The position numbers and the translations under genes are program-made. Below are positions 12,491-25,435 of a stretch of 64,000 nt of DNA, one piece after another. The notes beneath the pieces were generated by a model. It was not told where the DNA came from. It saw nothing but the letters and a program-made list of their open reading frames with translations, and ran no database searches. How positions within the stretch are numbered: the first letter of the stretch is position 1; every line of letters starts with the position of its first letter. Source of the DNA: Octopus vulgaris. Lineage: Eukaryota. Location of the stretch: assembly GCA_951406725.2 (NCBI GenBank), contig OX597814.1, positions 219,604,001 through 219,668,000 of the forward strand. Reading direction: 5' to 3'.

Positions 12491-13403
12491 TTGCAGATTT
12501 TTCTGGCTAATTTACGTAAATTTATATTGCTGACTCCTCAGTATATCATGGGTTTCTGCGGCCGATAGGTATTATATATTTTTTAGATTTTAATTATTTC
12601 TGTGGGAGGTTTTGGAATATAACACCTGCAATGGTCAAGGCATTACTGTATCCTCAAGTTTGAGTGGGCAGTTGGCTAGTTTGCATACTTTGTTGTAGTT
12701 TATGGTTGACCTCCAAGCTAGCATTTTCCAGGTGAAGACCCATCAACAATCAACATGAACTGGTTGACTGATTTATTGAAATTATTCTGCACATGTTAAC
12801 ATTTGAAAAATAGCTGCTTCATTATTTCTGATTGGTGCAGCTTGTATACCTTCTATTTTTCTCTCGATAAGATGTGTTTAAACCAAATCTGTTGAGTTAT
12901 AAAATGAATGTGGAAAGCATTTTGTTGTTGTTGTTTTCACTCCTTTCATTCTTTCTTGCATTGTAGTTTCTCTTCTAAAACATCTTATTCTATTTTACAA
13001 TGCAATACTATTCTGAATAAATACATATTTTCTCTGTATAACAATTTTCCATGTGATAAAGAAACTTGGTTTATCATTTATATACTGTTATTGACCCATT
13101 CCAGTTTATTAAGTTTATTATTCTTTTGTACATGGCATTTGAAGATTCCTTCTCCAGGTCTTTGACCTATTGGGGTTTCTATATGTGAAGAAGTAATTGG
13201 ACTTATGTTTATGTTTTCCAGTTTCAGCTCTTGAGCTGTGGCCATGCTGTACGGTAAGCTAAAGGTTAATGGATGTTGCCAATATTTAAGAAGCTTATCT
13301 AAAATAATTGAAGAGTAAATTAATATTTACCAAAAGATATCTTTGGGAATGTTCATTCAAGAAGTTCTTTTGTTATTCTCTATTATTTCTAGAATCAGTT
13401 TAA

Positions 13404-13624
13404 CCCTTTAGCATTTAAACCGGCCATATCCGGCCAAAAGTATTCTGCCTGTTTTATGTTCAAACTGGCCAGATCTGGTCTCTCACACCAGCCCTACAAT
13501 ATCGTTTCAAAAATTAACAGCTACCTCATCAAAATCTCATAGCTACAAGAGAATGCATGATTAGTTCAAAACAATGTGGATGAAAAAGGATTAGTTTTGG
13601 CAGAATAATGTGAACACTAAAAGG
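13404..13624. mobile_element. piggyBac-like MITE (family M1)
   Basis: TTAA|ccctttagcattt ... cactaaaagg|TTAA; multiple copies. Confidence 0.85.
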
Positions 13625-14033
13625 TTAAAATAATTTTGTCCTTAGGTGTTTCGACAGAATTCAAAATGTATTATTTAAAACATTTATGAACATTGGAATT
13701 AAGTATGTAACAAAGTTAAATTCCATCCATCATTAAATATTACGGCACACAAATGCCAGAGATGCTTATTTTTTATTTCTTGTTTTGTTTAGCTATCATC
13801 ATTATTGTCATCATCATCATCATCACCATGCTTGCATGGGGTTGGAAAAATCTCACTCTCACTATTTGCCACAGTTCAATACCATCTGGTATGGAGGCAC
13901 TAGAGGAAAAACCCATCTAACCCATCTGTATTTAATGCTACTTTTGTCATGATAGGATGGACTTGCTATCACCAACCTCCTCTCTATTGTGGATGGGTAC
14001 ACTTTATCATACCACTGGCGATACACAGGTTGT

Positions 14034-14252
14034 CTCTCTCTTTTACTCATCTACTTGTTTCAGTCATTTGACTGCGGCCATGCTGGAGCACCGCCTTTAG
14101 TCGAGCAACTCGACCCCGGGACTTATTCCTTTTGTAAGCCCAGTACTTATTCTATCGGTCTCTTTTGCTGAACCGCTAAGTAACGGGGACGTAAACACAC
14201 CAGCATCGGTTGTCAAGCGATGCTAGGGGGACAAACACAGACACACAAACAA

Positions 14253-14307
<55 letters not shown>

Positions 14308-14469
14308 TACGACAGGCTTCTTTCAGTTTCCGTCTACCAAATCCACTCACAAGGCATTGGTCGGCCCGGGGCTATAGCAGAAGACACTTGCCCAAGATGC
14401 CACGCAGTGGGACTGAACCCGGAACCATGTGGTTGGTAAGCAAGCTACTTACCACACAGCCACTCCTGC
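14034..14469 (-). mobile_element. SINE family A
   Basis: reverse complement of A consensus with expanded (TA)n. Confidence 0.92.
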
Positions 14470-17400
14470 TTCTGTGTGAGATTAACAAATCTTCTTTACA
14501 CTTTCTCTATTTGTTCCTTTGCTACTTTTGGTAAGGTTTTTGTATTGTGATGGTCTTATCACCAAATACAGCATCTTATTATGCTTCTAGCACGAGAGAG
14601 GTCCCTGTCAAAATTACAGTATTCCATCTGCTTTGGTTTATCTCTTTTGTGAAATTGTTTCCATTATAAATTACACTGTAATTGAGTCATTTTTAATCAT
14701 TCAAAATAAACTTTCATGAATTAACTGCTAATTATTTAATGTAAATTTTATAGTACCTAGAAAAAATAAGATAGCAGTTACTCCATTGTATAATTAGTTA
14801 TGTAGTCTCTTAGCGAGTGATAGATATGTATGCTGTTGTCCATCTGAAACTGATACTTGTAATATCCAACATATATAGTCACCTTTGTTTTTTTAGTTCA
14901 CTTTTTCTCTTCATGATCCTGTGCATTTTTATGTTATTAACTTTATATCTCTGCTGATTGTTTTCCTAAAAAGTTAGCCACAAATATTTTTCTAGTGGAG
15001 CAAATGATTATAGCTAATGGTAATACTATTTTAGTTCAATATTTTGAATACTACTTTAGTTCAAACAAAAATTTGCCATGATTCACAAAACCTACATTCT
15101 CTATTGTTTAACCCCAAATTAGTCCTGCTTTCTTAAAATCTAGACAACCTATCCTAACCCTCTGTAAATTATCATTAAATCTAACTCTCATCAATCCAAT
15201 TTTATGTTCACCTCTGTGCCAGTAATTCCTTTTGACTCAGTACTATAAACATTTTAAATCATTGTTTCTATAATTGTAACATTTGGAAATGTTTGAATCC
15301 TTTTTCTCATACCTGACCTATAGAAAACTAAACAGAAGCACATCGATACCAAACTAATATAATTTGGCTCCTGTTTTCTATGTTTGCACCGTGAGAACAT
15401 TCTTGAGGATGTCTGTTTTCCAATGAAAACTCCAGAATTCTGTTTTAAAGGATTTCAAAGTTCAGTTATTTTGTCTTGGCATTCTGCAGATTTGTATAGG
15501 AATATTATATTCTACTGTGGTGTGTTTGCTTGAATAAATATGAAATTAGTGATACTTAGTGTTAATCTAAAAACCACTTTAACAACTTGAGCATTGTGAC
15601 TAATCAATTTTTCATTAATTATGCTGATAAAACCTGACCGTGCTACTCGTAAGTTTACATTAAGAGTTGTGACATTATTCATGGGCTCTTATTAAAGCTG
15701 CACGGTCACTGGCTTCAAAAGGACATTGCTTAGCCCTGGTTTCATGTTGTAAAGTCAAAGAAGAAATTCCACCATTAATAATGTATGCACACACACACAC
15801 ATATATTTTCCTCTATTTTTGCATAGGTTTGATGGTTCTGCAAAGAACAAGTTATCTAGAGAACTATGTAAGTAACTGCACTGATGCAATTGAGAGCAGA
15901 TTTCCTATGGCGGTCCCGGTGTTGTGATAATCCTTTTGTTGTGATGAAGCAAATAGATGAATGTCACTCTCATAAGATTGCAGTGCAATGCATTCAGCAT
16001 GTATCCATTTACATTACATGTTTATAGCTGTTTAATTGTTACTGCTACAAGCATGGATCAAAGCCTTTCATATTCATTTTTTTCCAGTTTGTGTTAACTT
16101 TTCTTGTTAGCTAACATTGTATATCTAATAAATTAAATTGCAAATCCTTTCCCATTCGCTACTTCACAGAGCTTCAAACTTCTTACACATGCCTTGTATA
16201 GTACACTGAACTCCCGCCTATTATTATTAACCCTTACCTGTATACTTTTCCTGGAATAATTGGCCATTTAAGTAACAAAACATGTAGCAAGTTGTTTGAA
16301 CTGTTGATAGTCTGTAGTGCGTAGCTATTTCCGTGTGCACCTGATGCACCTAAAGTTCTGCTTCCCAAATCAGTGGTGCCAAAAATTTCACTGCACCGTT
16401 TGTGCACCTATTATCTGCACTCACTATGCTGCTGCATTACGTTGTTGCTTACTTAATTCTTTACTAATCAAGGTCACTTCTCTGATGCTATGTATAATTG
16501 TTACTGTCTTCAATTGATTAAAGTATCAAACATCTTTGATGTATTCTAGGTACTTTCTCGTAGAATATCACTAATGGCAATCATATTGATTTTATCATAT
16601 CAAACATTTAACGAGTCCTATTCTGACCATCTACCTTCCTTTCAGTTTGATTGATTAACAATATTGATCAGTTTTGATGTATGTCAGATTTATCCTCCAT
16701 CCATCATATTATTGCTGTTTTGAATATAGTTTCTTTGTCAGTGTGAATAAGCCTGCGAGTCTTGAAAATTACAGAAAATTACTTGTGAAGCATTTTGTAC
16801 ATTAGTTTTGAAATAACATAGCTCTGATTAGGTTAGGAGGAAAATAGAACGAAACCATATAAACTGTGATAATATATTTATGGAGGTGGTTATGTTCTTC
16901 ACACTGTGGTTATGCTGATAATATAATTGATTAATATGTCTGCAGTATAATATTTTGAACTTGATTAATGCTAGCTACCCGTGATATATGTAAGCAGAAA
17001 TAGAAGTTTGATCTCAGCATTTAACTGATTGGATAACCGAGAAGAAAATATTGCAAAGGTGAAAAGTTTGAGGATGTTTACCAGTTTCATGAATTTGCGA
17101 CAGGAGCCAGTTGAAAAGGTTTAAAATTGAACTGCTTTATTTAAAGCTATAGCTGTTATTATTTTTTTTTTTTACTTCGAATAAATTTAAGTGCAAGATT
17201 TGTTCCAACCAAATTTTAATTCCTTAAAATCTAACTGTTCTAGTGAATTTTATAAAATTGTTTTATAAAGTAAGTGTTTGCAATGTGATACTCAAATAAT
17301 TTGTTGGAAAAGGCTGAGTTGTGCCATACCTAACAATTATAGTGGTTGTTGTTGTTGTTGTTTATTATTTTGAGATCCATAAGCTAACAACTACTGCTAT

Positions 17401-17723
17401 TTAACATCAGTAGTGACAACCTTTCCAATAACTGTCATTAGCAGATCATTAATTGACAAGAAATGGTATGAAATCAATGCATTAGTTGGTTTAGGAATAA
17501 CATTAAGATTTAATTGACTTGTTAATAGAAAGGTGTCAAAACAATCTTTTAATTCTATTTCCTGCTAGTTGTAGATGTTAGGGTTAGGGTTCAGTCTCTT
17601 ACATGCAACTCTTTCTTGTCTTTTAATCCCAGATTAGCCCTGGTTCAGCAAACCTCTGATCAAAGATATTCTTATCTGTGGCCAATCTACTCTTTCTGTA
17701 TTCCTTGGACTACATTAACCAAT

Positions 17724-18114
17724 GGAGGCGCAATGGCCCAGTGGTTAGGGCAGCGGACTCGCGGTCATAGGATCGCAGTTTCGATTCCCAGACCGGGCGT
17801 TGTGAGTGTTTATTGAGCGAAAACACCTAAAGCTCCACGAGGCTCCGGCAGGGGATGGTGGTGATCCCTGCTGTACTCTTTCACCACAACTTTCTCTCAC
17901 TCTTTCTTCCTGTTTCTGTTGTACCTGTATTTCAAAGGGCCGGCCTTGTCACTCTCTGTGTCACGCTGAATATCCCTGAGAACTACGTTAAGGGTACACG
18001 TGTCTGTGGAGTGCTCAGCCACTTAGCCGTTAATTTCACGAGGCAGGCTGTTCCGTTGATTCGGATCAACCAGAACCCTCGTCGTTGTAACCGACGAAGT
18101 GCTTCCACACCACC
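17724..18114 (+). mobile_element. tRNA-derived SINE, family B
   Basis: A-box tggcccagtggttag, B-box gtttcgattccc; 12-bp TSD acattaaccaat at 17712-17723 and 18115-18126; inserted in an older repeat. Confidence 0.92.
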
Positions 18115-19413
18115 ACATTAACCAATAAATCCTTCCTTCTTTTTTTAATTAATTAAAATAGTTGTGTGTGATTTGAAGAAATGTGGCTGCTATTTCTTGC
18201 AGGTTTAGTGGCTATGTGGATATTTTGTTTCACAGGCAAAATAGCATTAATTGACTGGATTGGGCAACTGTGATTATCACTGAGATCTTACAAATGTATG
18301 GTAAATGGGGAAGGAGGATTACAAGTCCACAGTCTGCGGTATTATGTCTGTGAGCAAGACATGACCCTAGTTTCTTATGCTAACCAACTTAGAAATCTGA
18401 TTAGCCTGTCTAAATAGTTTAACTCATGGATTGTGTATGATTTTATCAGAAGGTGATATGATTTCTAACAAGGTGCTTCAGAAATTATAAATATGAATTC
18501 ATCTAAAGAATCACTAAGGCTTGAGTTCTTGGCTCTACCTTACTGTTGTAAGCAATCTCTCCTTCTTAACCACCACCTTTCTACATCTGACATCTTTCAA
18601 CTTGAATTTTTTCTGTTCAAAGCAGTTGCACATTCTGTTTTGGAGTCCTTAGAAATATTTTGTGTAACTTACCTTACATGTTGTCTTGTAACCATTTTCA
18701 TCAAAGCCGGCTTTGGAAATAGTGATTTGATTGTTCTGATTTTATATCATCAATACTAATTATTTGTAATTAACATATTCCATTTCTGTGAGAACAATAA
18801 TTACTTATGTCTGTTTTATTTAATAGCTACTGTTTTAATATTAGATATTTTTGCTCCACATAGGTCATTGTGAAATTGTAATATATTCTAGTAGAACATA
18901 TATAATTGTACACACCTGACTTTCTTGGCTTCTCATAATTGGTTGGCATACATAAATCAGCCGGTGCTCTTAGTTTGGACGGGGCCTAGGCCAAATACTG
19001 ACTTAAGTTTTACGTGTGTATCTGTATGTAGATAGATAGATAGATAGATAAAAACATCACCATTTTTTGTCTGTCTTCCATGCTGGCCTGGGTTGGACAG
19101 TTTGGCTGATGCTGGCCTGGGTTGGACAGTTTGGCTGGAGCTGGCAAACCAGAGGACTGCGGTAACTTCTACTGTCTGCTTAGGCATGGTTTCTCTGGCC
19201 GGACGTCCTTCCTATTGCCAACCATTTTACAGAGTATACTGGGTGCTTTATACATAACACATGTGCACTCATGCGTATACACACACACCCATACATACAT
19301 ACCCATATAAATGTGTATTAAATCCTACACATTTTCTTCCAATAGTGTATTGACCACTTATATTATTTTTGTTATAAAACTGTGATCATGCAGGCCCCAT
19401 ACAAATGTGTATG

Positions 19414-19448
<35 letters not shown>

Positions 19449-19479
19449 CATCATTATCATCATCATCATAATTTAGCAT

Positions 19480-19675
19480 CATCATCATTTAACATCTTTT
19501 TTCCATGCTAGCATGGGTTGGACGGTTCGACTGGGGTCAGAGAGGCTCTTCCTAATGCCAGCCACTCCATGAGTGTAGTGGGTGCTTTTTATGTGCCCCC
19601 AGCATAGGGGCCAGAGGAGGCTGGCAATGACCATGATCAGTTGGTGCTTTTTACGTGCCACCAGCATGGGAACCT
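19480..19675 (-). mobile_element. Family C fragment with internal deletion
   Basis: (CAT)n tail, ccatgctagcatgggttggacgg, unit motifs. Confidence 0.8.
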
Positions 19676-19694
19676 GGTGCAGCTCATATATATA

Positions 19695-20619
19695 TCTACT
19701 ACATATGTGGAAATCTGGGGGGGAGGGTATTTGTGGCATTGTTATCTAACTCCTCCTACTTTGTTTTATCAATTTTGATGAAACTTGACACGTGAGTAGA
19801 ACTCATGTCTGGAAACCTCATGGCATACTCAGACTGTTAAAAAAAATAGATAATAGGGTCCTTGGAAGGGATTCTTATATGCACTACATATAACTAATAT
19901 ATTATTTTTAAACATCCAAGGGAAATAACCCATTTGCTCCTGAAAGAGATCCCTATATATAGCCACGGGAAATAACCCATTCATGTTCGTAAATTATTTC
20001 ATATAAATCAAATTGAGTGTGCTTAATTCTTAGTATTTGAACTTTTTGAGTTATTTTCGCAATTTATCCAGTACAGTGCTTAAACATGTAAATAGTATTT
20101 TCCTAAACAATAGATCCAGTTATTTCAGTTAGTGACTTATTCACAAATATACCAACACTAGTGCCGCTGAGGGCAATATTCTCTGCAAACACACAAAAGC
20201 ATTTTTCAGAGTTATTTACTTTAAATTGTTATTATCTCATGTCTAATTAGCCTGTTATTACATAACATGCTTCACAATTTTAGTATACATATGTTATTAG
20301 TATTTCCTCCTAAGTTGTATATACTCTGGGAAGGTATTAAAGCTCATTTCGGGGCTACTTTATTTGAATTCTTACTATTGGGTAATTAATTTCATGTTAT
20401 TATATAATTGACTTCACAATTTGGGTATTCAAAACTTACTGGGAATTCCTAAAAACAAGATCCTGTGTAAGACAGTTCAGTATTCTCAATAAAGGCGCAA
20501 AAACTGTTTTAAGGGCTACATGCTTTGTATTGTTGTTATTGGATTAGCGAAACAATAATGAAAACAGAACCAATGGATAAGCCCCCGCTTTCCCGGGAAT
20601 TACCAGGTATGTCAGCTAA
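19695..20619 (+). mobile_element. Older, longer non-autonomous Helitron
   Basis: A|TCtactacatat start, gatgaaacttgacac shared with the 44992 element, gggaaataac motifs, 3' cccgggaattaccagg...gctaa. Confidence 0.55.
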
Positions 20620-20647
20620 AATATATATATATGTGTGTGTGTGTGTG

Positions 20648-20681
<34 letters not shown>

Positions 20682-21024
20682 TATCCAAGAATGAAAATTA
20701 TCTAAAATTAAAAAATTAAATTAATACTCTTATGGATTATGAGTTTGAATCATTTTCAGTCATGAATTAAATATGTTTTCTTTTAATTTTACTGTTTTGT
20801 GTTTCACTTATTAAAGATAACCACTTGATTAGATAAATCTCATGCTATGCTGGAAGTATTTTCTCCACATCTTTAGTTGAAGTGTTTACATGTTGGATAT
20901 ATTTTACATAACGTAAAAAACAGAACACCATAAATATCTTATTGACGAGTGAGTGTATGCATGCATGCACACAAACACATGTGCATGCATGCATGCACAC
21001 ACACACACACACACACACATGTAT

Positions 21025-21176
21025 AGGTACAAGTGTGGCTGTGTGGTAGAAAGTTTGCTTTACAAGTACATGGTTTTAGGTTGAGTCCCAATTCATAGCA
21101 GGTGTCTTCTGGTATAACTCTGGGCCAACCAAAGCCTTGTTAGTGGATTTGGTAGATGGAAACTGAAAGAAGCCTG
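21025..21176 (+). mobile_element. Degenerate SINE A head
   Basis: tggctgtgtggtagaaag...gtggatttggtagatggaaactgaaagaagcc. Confidence 0.75.
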
Positions 21177-21197
21177 CTGAAAGCCAAGAAACATGTA

Positions 21198-21457
21198 TTG
21201 TTGAGATTAAAGTCCATGAATGTATCATATTTTGGACACACAGTGTGCCATGGATCATTGCCCGAGACCATCTTGATAGGAAGTGTGGAGGGGAAGAGAG
21301 CAAGAGGTTGCCAAAGATATTTGTAGAATGACAACATCAAAGAATTGACTGGAAACGAGAATCTGGTTGATTGTATGCATGCAAGACAACACAGAGGCAA
21401 GTGAAGTGCCTTGGTAAGCCTACCCCTGCTCACAGGGAGGGCTTCCAGCTAATGATG
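21198..21457 (+). pseudogene. RTE-clade LINE C-terminal fossil
   Basis: manual translation ...SYFGHTVCHGSLPETILIGSVEGKRARGCQRYL*NDNIKELTG...HRGK*SALV matches the RTE/BovB-type YFGH..SL..T...G.VEGKR.RGRQR..W motif; two stops. Confidence 0.8.
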
Positions 21458-22855
21458 GTCAACAACATTCCAGCTGTGATTATCCTCCTTGTTAAGGATA
21501 TGATAGCTTGTTTCGTATAATAACATGTCTTTGCTTTATATAAGAAGACAGTTGGGTTTGATTTGAGAACAATTTAGCTGCTATTTCTAGCAGGTTAGAT
21601 GATATTCTAGTGCTTCCTTCTTTGGCCTGTACAGTTCTTAGTTGTTTACGGTGACGGTTGTGCCATTGCTTTTGCTGCAACTGGTGTGGAATTTCTCCAT
21701 CTATATTCACTCAAGATAGCCTACTTAGGTTTCCTTGAAAAAAATTCATATGTTTTAGTTAAGAAAACTGTTCTTAATTTTAAAGTTAACCAAATCTATT
21801 TAGTCATGATAGAGTCTCAATATTGAAAATGTACTCAGGAGTGTAATGCTATCTTTCTTAATCATTAAAAATTTAGTCTAAAAAAAAAAAAAAAAATTAA
21901 AAATTGCTAACAGTCTTTGTGGTTTGAAATAATTACTTATTGAATTTGGATAGGAAATAAAGCCAAACTATGGAGCTGTTGAGATCTAATATTACTTTTT
22001 CAATTGAAAATTCTATCTCTAGTTTACAATATGTTCAAGCGTTTATTTCTCGTTCCATTCACGTAAAATTCCGACTCATTCAAGTGGACGATATTGGCTT
22101 TAAAAATATTCTGAAGAATTTTTCAATAGCACTTTATCATTGACTTGGTTTTTCTCTCTGCAAACTGCACATGTACTTCTCTCTCTTTCTCTTTCCCTCC
22201 TCTCTCTCCCTTCATTTTTGTTTGTTGGGCTGTGTATACCTAACATAGGGCAATGAGTTTTTGATGACAAGATGCTATAACAATTCTTGATGACAAGACA
22301 TTTTTGAGTTATGTTGGTACCGGCCAGTCCTTTCAATTCTCTTTCCATCACCTGTAATGTAAATTGGCTTATCTCATTTAATTTATAGTACCTCCAATTT
22401 CTTTTTTTTTGTTTTGTCTAAAACTGTATAATCAATAACTTGTTAAGAATGCAGAAGCCAATTCCAGAAATTTCTTAACGTTTACTTTCGATGTCTTTAT
22501 TGCTTTTTATTTCAATATTGTGAATTTTGTAGCAGAAATTTAAAAAAATTGACAATCATTCTCTTCAGTAGACTCTGATACACTTCTGAAATTAATCTGT
22601 TCTTAGATTAAATTTGTTCATAAAAACAAACTACATGTTCCAAAGATAGGAAAATGTCAATATTTAGTTGGTTTTATTTCCCTTTTATAATTGACAGGTA
22701 ACAAAATATGTTTCGCTGCTCCAAGAACTCCAGCCACATTAGAATTATCTTTGGAAATAATGGTCCATATTTTTTTTTTCATTCTAGTGTGGGTGAATTT
22801 TACAGATTTAGATATTTTTGTATAGTTTTTGATTGGGTATCATTTGTACTATTAA

Positions 22856-22923
22856 CCCTTTAGCATTTAAACCGGCCATATCCGGCCAAAAGTATTCTGC
22901 TTGTTTTATGTTCAAACTGGCCA
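22856..22923. mobile_element. MITE M1 left-end fragment
   Basis: near-identical to 13404-13470. Confidence 0.8.
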
Positions 22924-23121
22924 TAGTTCCATTGAACTAGTTGTCAACTACAAAGTGAACCAAATAGAATTATGTCTTCTCGAGGAGCACAACATCAAAG
23001 CTATAGCAGTTAAGTTTGAACTCCAGATCATATGGTCTGTACTCCAACACTCAAACTTCATAATTTTGAGAACCATAAATTTTGAAGAATTATTGCATTT
23101 TTATATTATAGGATAAGTGTG

Positions 23122-23516
23122 TACTCTTTACTCTTTTACTTGTTTCAGTCATCTGACTGTGGCCATACTGGAGCACCGCCTTTAATCGAGCAACTCGACC
23201 CCGGGACTTATTCTTTTGTAAGCCCAGTAGTTATTCTATCGGTCTCTTTTGCCGAACCGCTAAGTAACGGAGACATAAACACACCAGCATCGGTTGTCAA
23301 GCAATGCTAGGGGGACAAACACACACACGCATATACATATATATATACATATATATGACAGGCTTCTTTCAGTTTCCGTCTACCAAATCCACTCACAAGG
23401 CTTTGGTCGGCCCGAGGCTATAGTAGAAGACACTTGCCCAAGGTGCCACACAGTGGAACTGAACCCGGGACCATGTGGTTGGTAAACAAGCTACTTACCA
23501 CACAGCCACTCCTGCG
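23122..23516 (-). mobile_element. SINE family A
   Basis: full-length reverse match. Confidence 0.92.
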
Positions 23517-24904
23517 TGTTTTCACATTACATTACCCGGGTTGCACTGACATTTGCTTATGTCATGCATTTGGCAGTTTGATGTGCAAAGATGACTGGAA
23601 TTAAATAAATGTTGGCATCAGGAAGGGCATCTGGCTGTAGGATGCTACTCGAAGAAGTTTCACCTAACTCCTGCAACAATGAAGAATCAAAAAATATATG
23701 ATGATGACGATGAGTTCCTGACAGTCCTACAGGAAGCAGAGAGATGGATTATATTGATTTGTCATTCTTAGTTTTGTATCTCATGTTTTTATTGTTCAAT
23801 TCCAGGTGAAATCCAGGTGGAGGTTATTGCATTTTGCTTCTGGTGTTCATAAAACAAACACCAGTAACACACAATGAACTTGATTTAATTGTTTTTATTC
23901 CCTTTCTCTCTTCTCCTCCTTCCCTCTCTCCCCTTTTTATAAAGTTGTCTACCTAAGGAAAATGTCATCTAGCTGAATTTTTTTGTTTTGTTATCTACCT
24001 TTCAAATTCAAATCCTGCTGAGGTTAACTTGTCTTTCAGCTTTTTGGGGGTTTAATAAAATAAAGTACCCAACTAATGCTTGATTCCTATTGGTGATATT
24101 GTCTAATCCTCTCACTCCAAAATTTCAGGTGTTGTGTCTATCATCAACACCATCATCATCATCATTTAGTGGCTTCCTTCCATTCTGACATGGGTGGGAA
24201 GATTTGCCAGTAGCTGGCAAAGACTGCACCGAGGAGTAATATTGAGGGAAGTGGCTTTGTACCAGGTGATGAGACGTTGGTATGATGGAGGGATAAAAAC
24301 AGGTGTCTTGCAGCAGAAGAGATACTCGGACAATATCAATTAGAGAGGGAGAGGGGGGAGATGATGCGATAGGATGTTCACTCAAGTTTGAGGGTATATG
24401 TAAGTGAAGAGATACAGTAGGATGAGAGAGAGAGAGAGAGAGAGAGAGGAAGAGGAAGAGATGATTCATCAGGGACACATTGTACCAAATAAGTTTGTGG
24501 GAGTGTGAAGAGAATGTGGGAGATATAAGATGAGGGGTACAACAAGTGGTGAACCTATATTTGAAACAATTGTCTAAAGGAGAAACTGGTGTTGAAAGCA
24601 AGGCTGCTCCCACCAGACATCAGAGCATGGTGCATTTCTCTGGTTTGTCAGATTTTGTCAAACTATCCAACCCATTCCAGCATAGAAACCGGGCATTAAA
24701 CAATGATGGTGGTGATGGGGATCATTTCATTGGTTCATATTTCTCAATGGAAACAAGCAACTATTTTATTCCAGTGGTTTTCGTAATGTCAATAAATTAA
24801 CCATTCTAAGGAACCATTGCTGAAATAAATGATTATAAAAACCCTCTTTCAATTTGTGTTTGACCTGGAAAATGAAGATGAACTATTTGTAAAATGATCA
24901 GCAA

Positions 24905-25435
24905 TCATCATCATCATCATCATCGTTTAACGTCCGTTTTCCGCGCTAGCACAGGTTGGACGGTTCGACCAGGGTCTGGGAAGCCAGAAGGCTGCACCAG
25001 GCTCCAGTCTGATCTGGCAGTGTTTCTACAGCTGGATGCCCTTCCTAACGCCAACCACTCCGCGAGTGTAGTGGGTGCTTTTTACATGCCACTGGCACAG
25101 GTGCCAGGGGAGTCTGGCATCGGCCACAATCGGTTGGAGCTTTTAACATGCCACCGGCACGGAGCCAGTCAAGGTGGCGCTGGCATCATCCACGTTCGAA
25201 TGGTGCTTTTTATGTGCCACCGGCACAGAAGCCAGTCGAGGCGGCACTGGCAACGGCCACGTTCGGATAGTGCTTTTTATGTGCCACCGGCACAGGTATC
25301 ACAACTACTATTTCCATTGATATTTGTTTCGATGTTCATGTACATGCACTTGACTCAACAGGTCTCCTCAAGCACAGCGAGATGTTCCGGGATCCAAGGT
25401 ACTTTGAATGGGCAGGGGCTATGCAGAACTGGTGG
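24905..25435 (-). mobile_element. Family C retroposon, long copy including upstream unique region
   Basis: (CAT)n tail, four units, continues into a 5' segment shared with 43670 and the window start. Confidence 0.88.

Noticed and set aside
10694-12568. Long ORFs (141-598 aa) as genes, e.g. zinc-finger protein
   Set aside because: Open frames follow from a stop-free 30-bp unit; CxxC lacks the His pair and spacing of C2H2 fingers; indels shift frames
15240-15520. Second GIY-YIG fossil on the minus strand
   Set aside because: Only vague similarity in manual translation; not supportable without a profile search
19081-19138. 29-bp direct duplication
   Set aside because: Local slippage in a decayed C-type tail; no further significance visible
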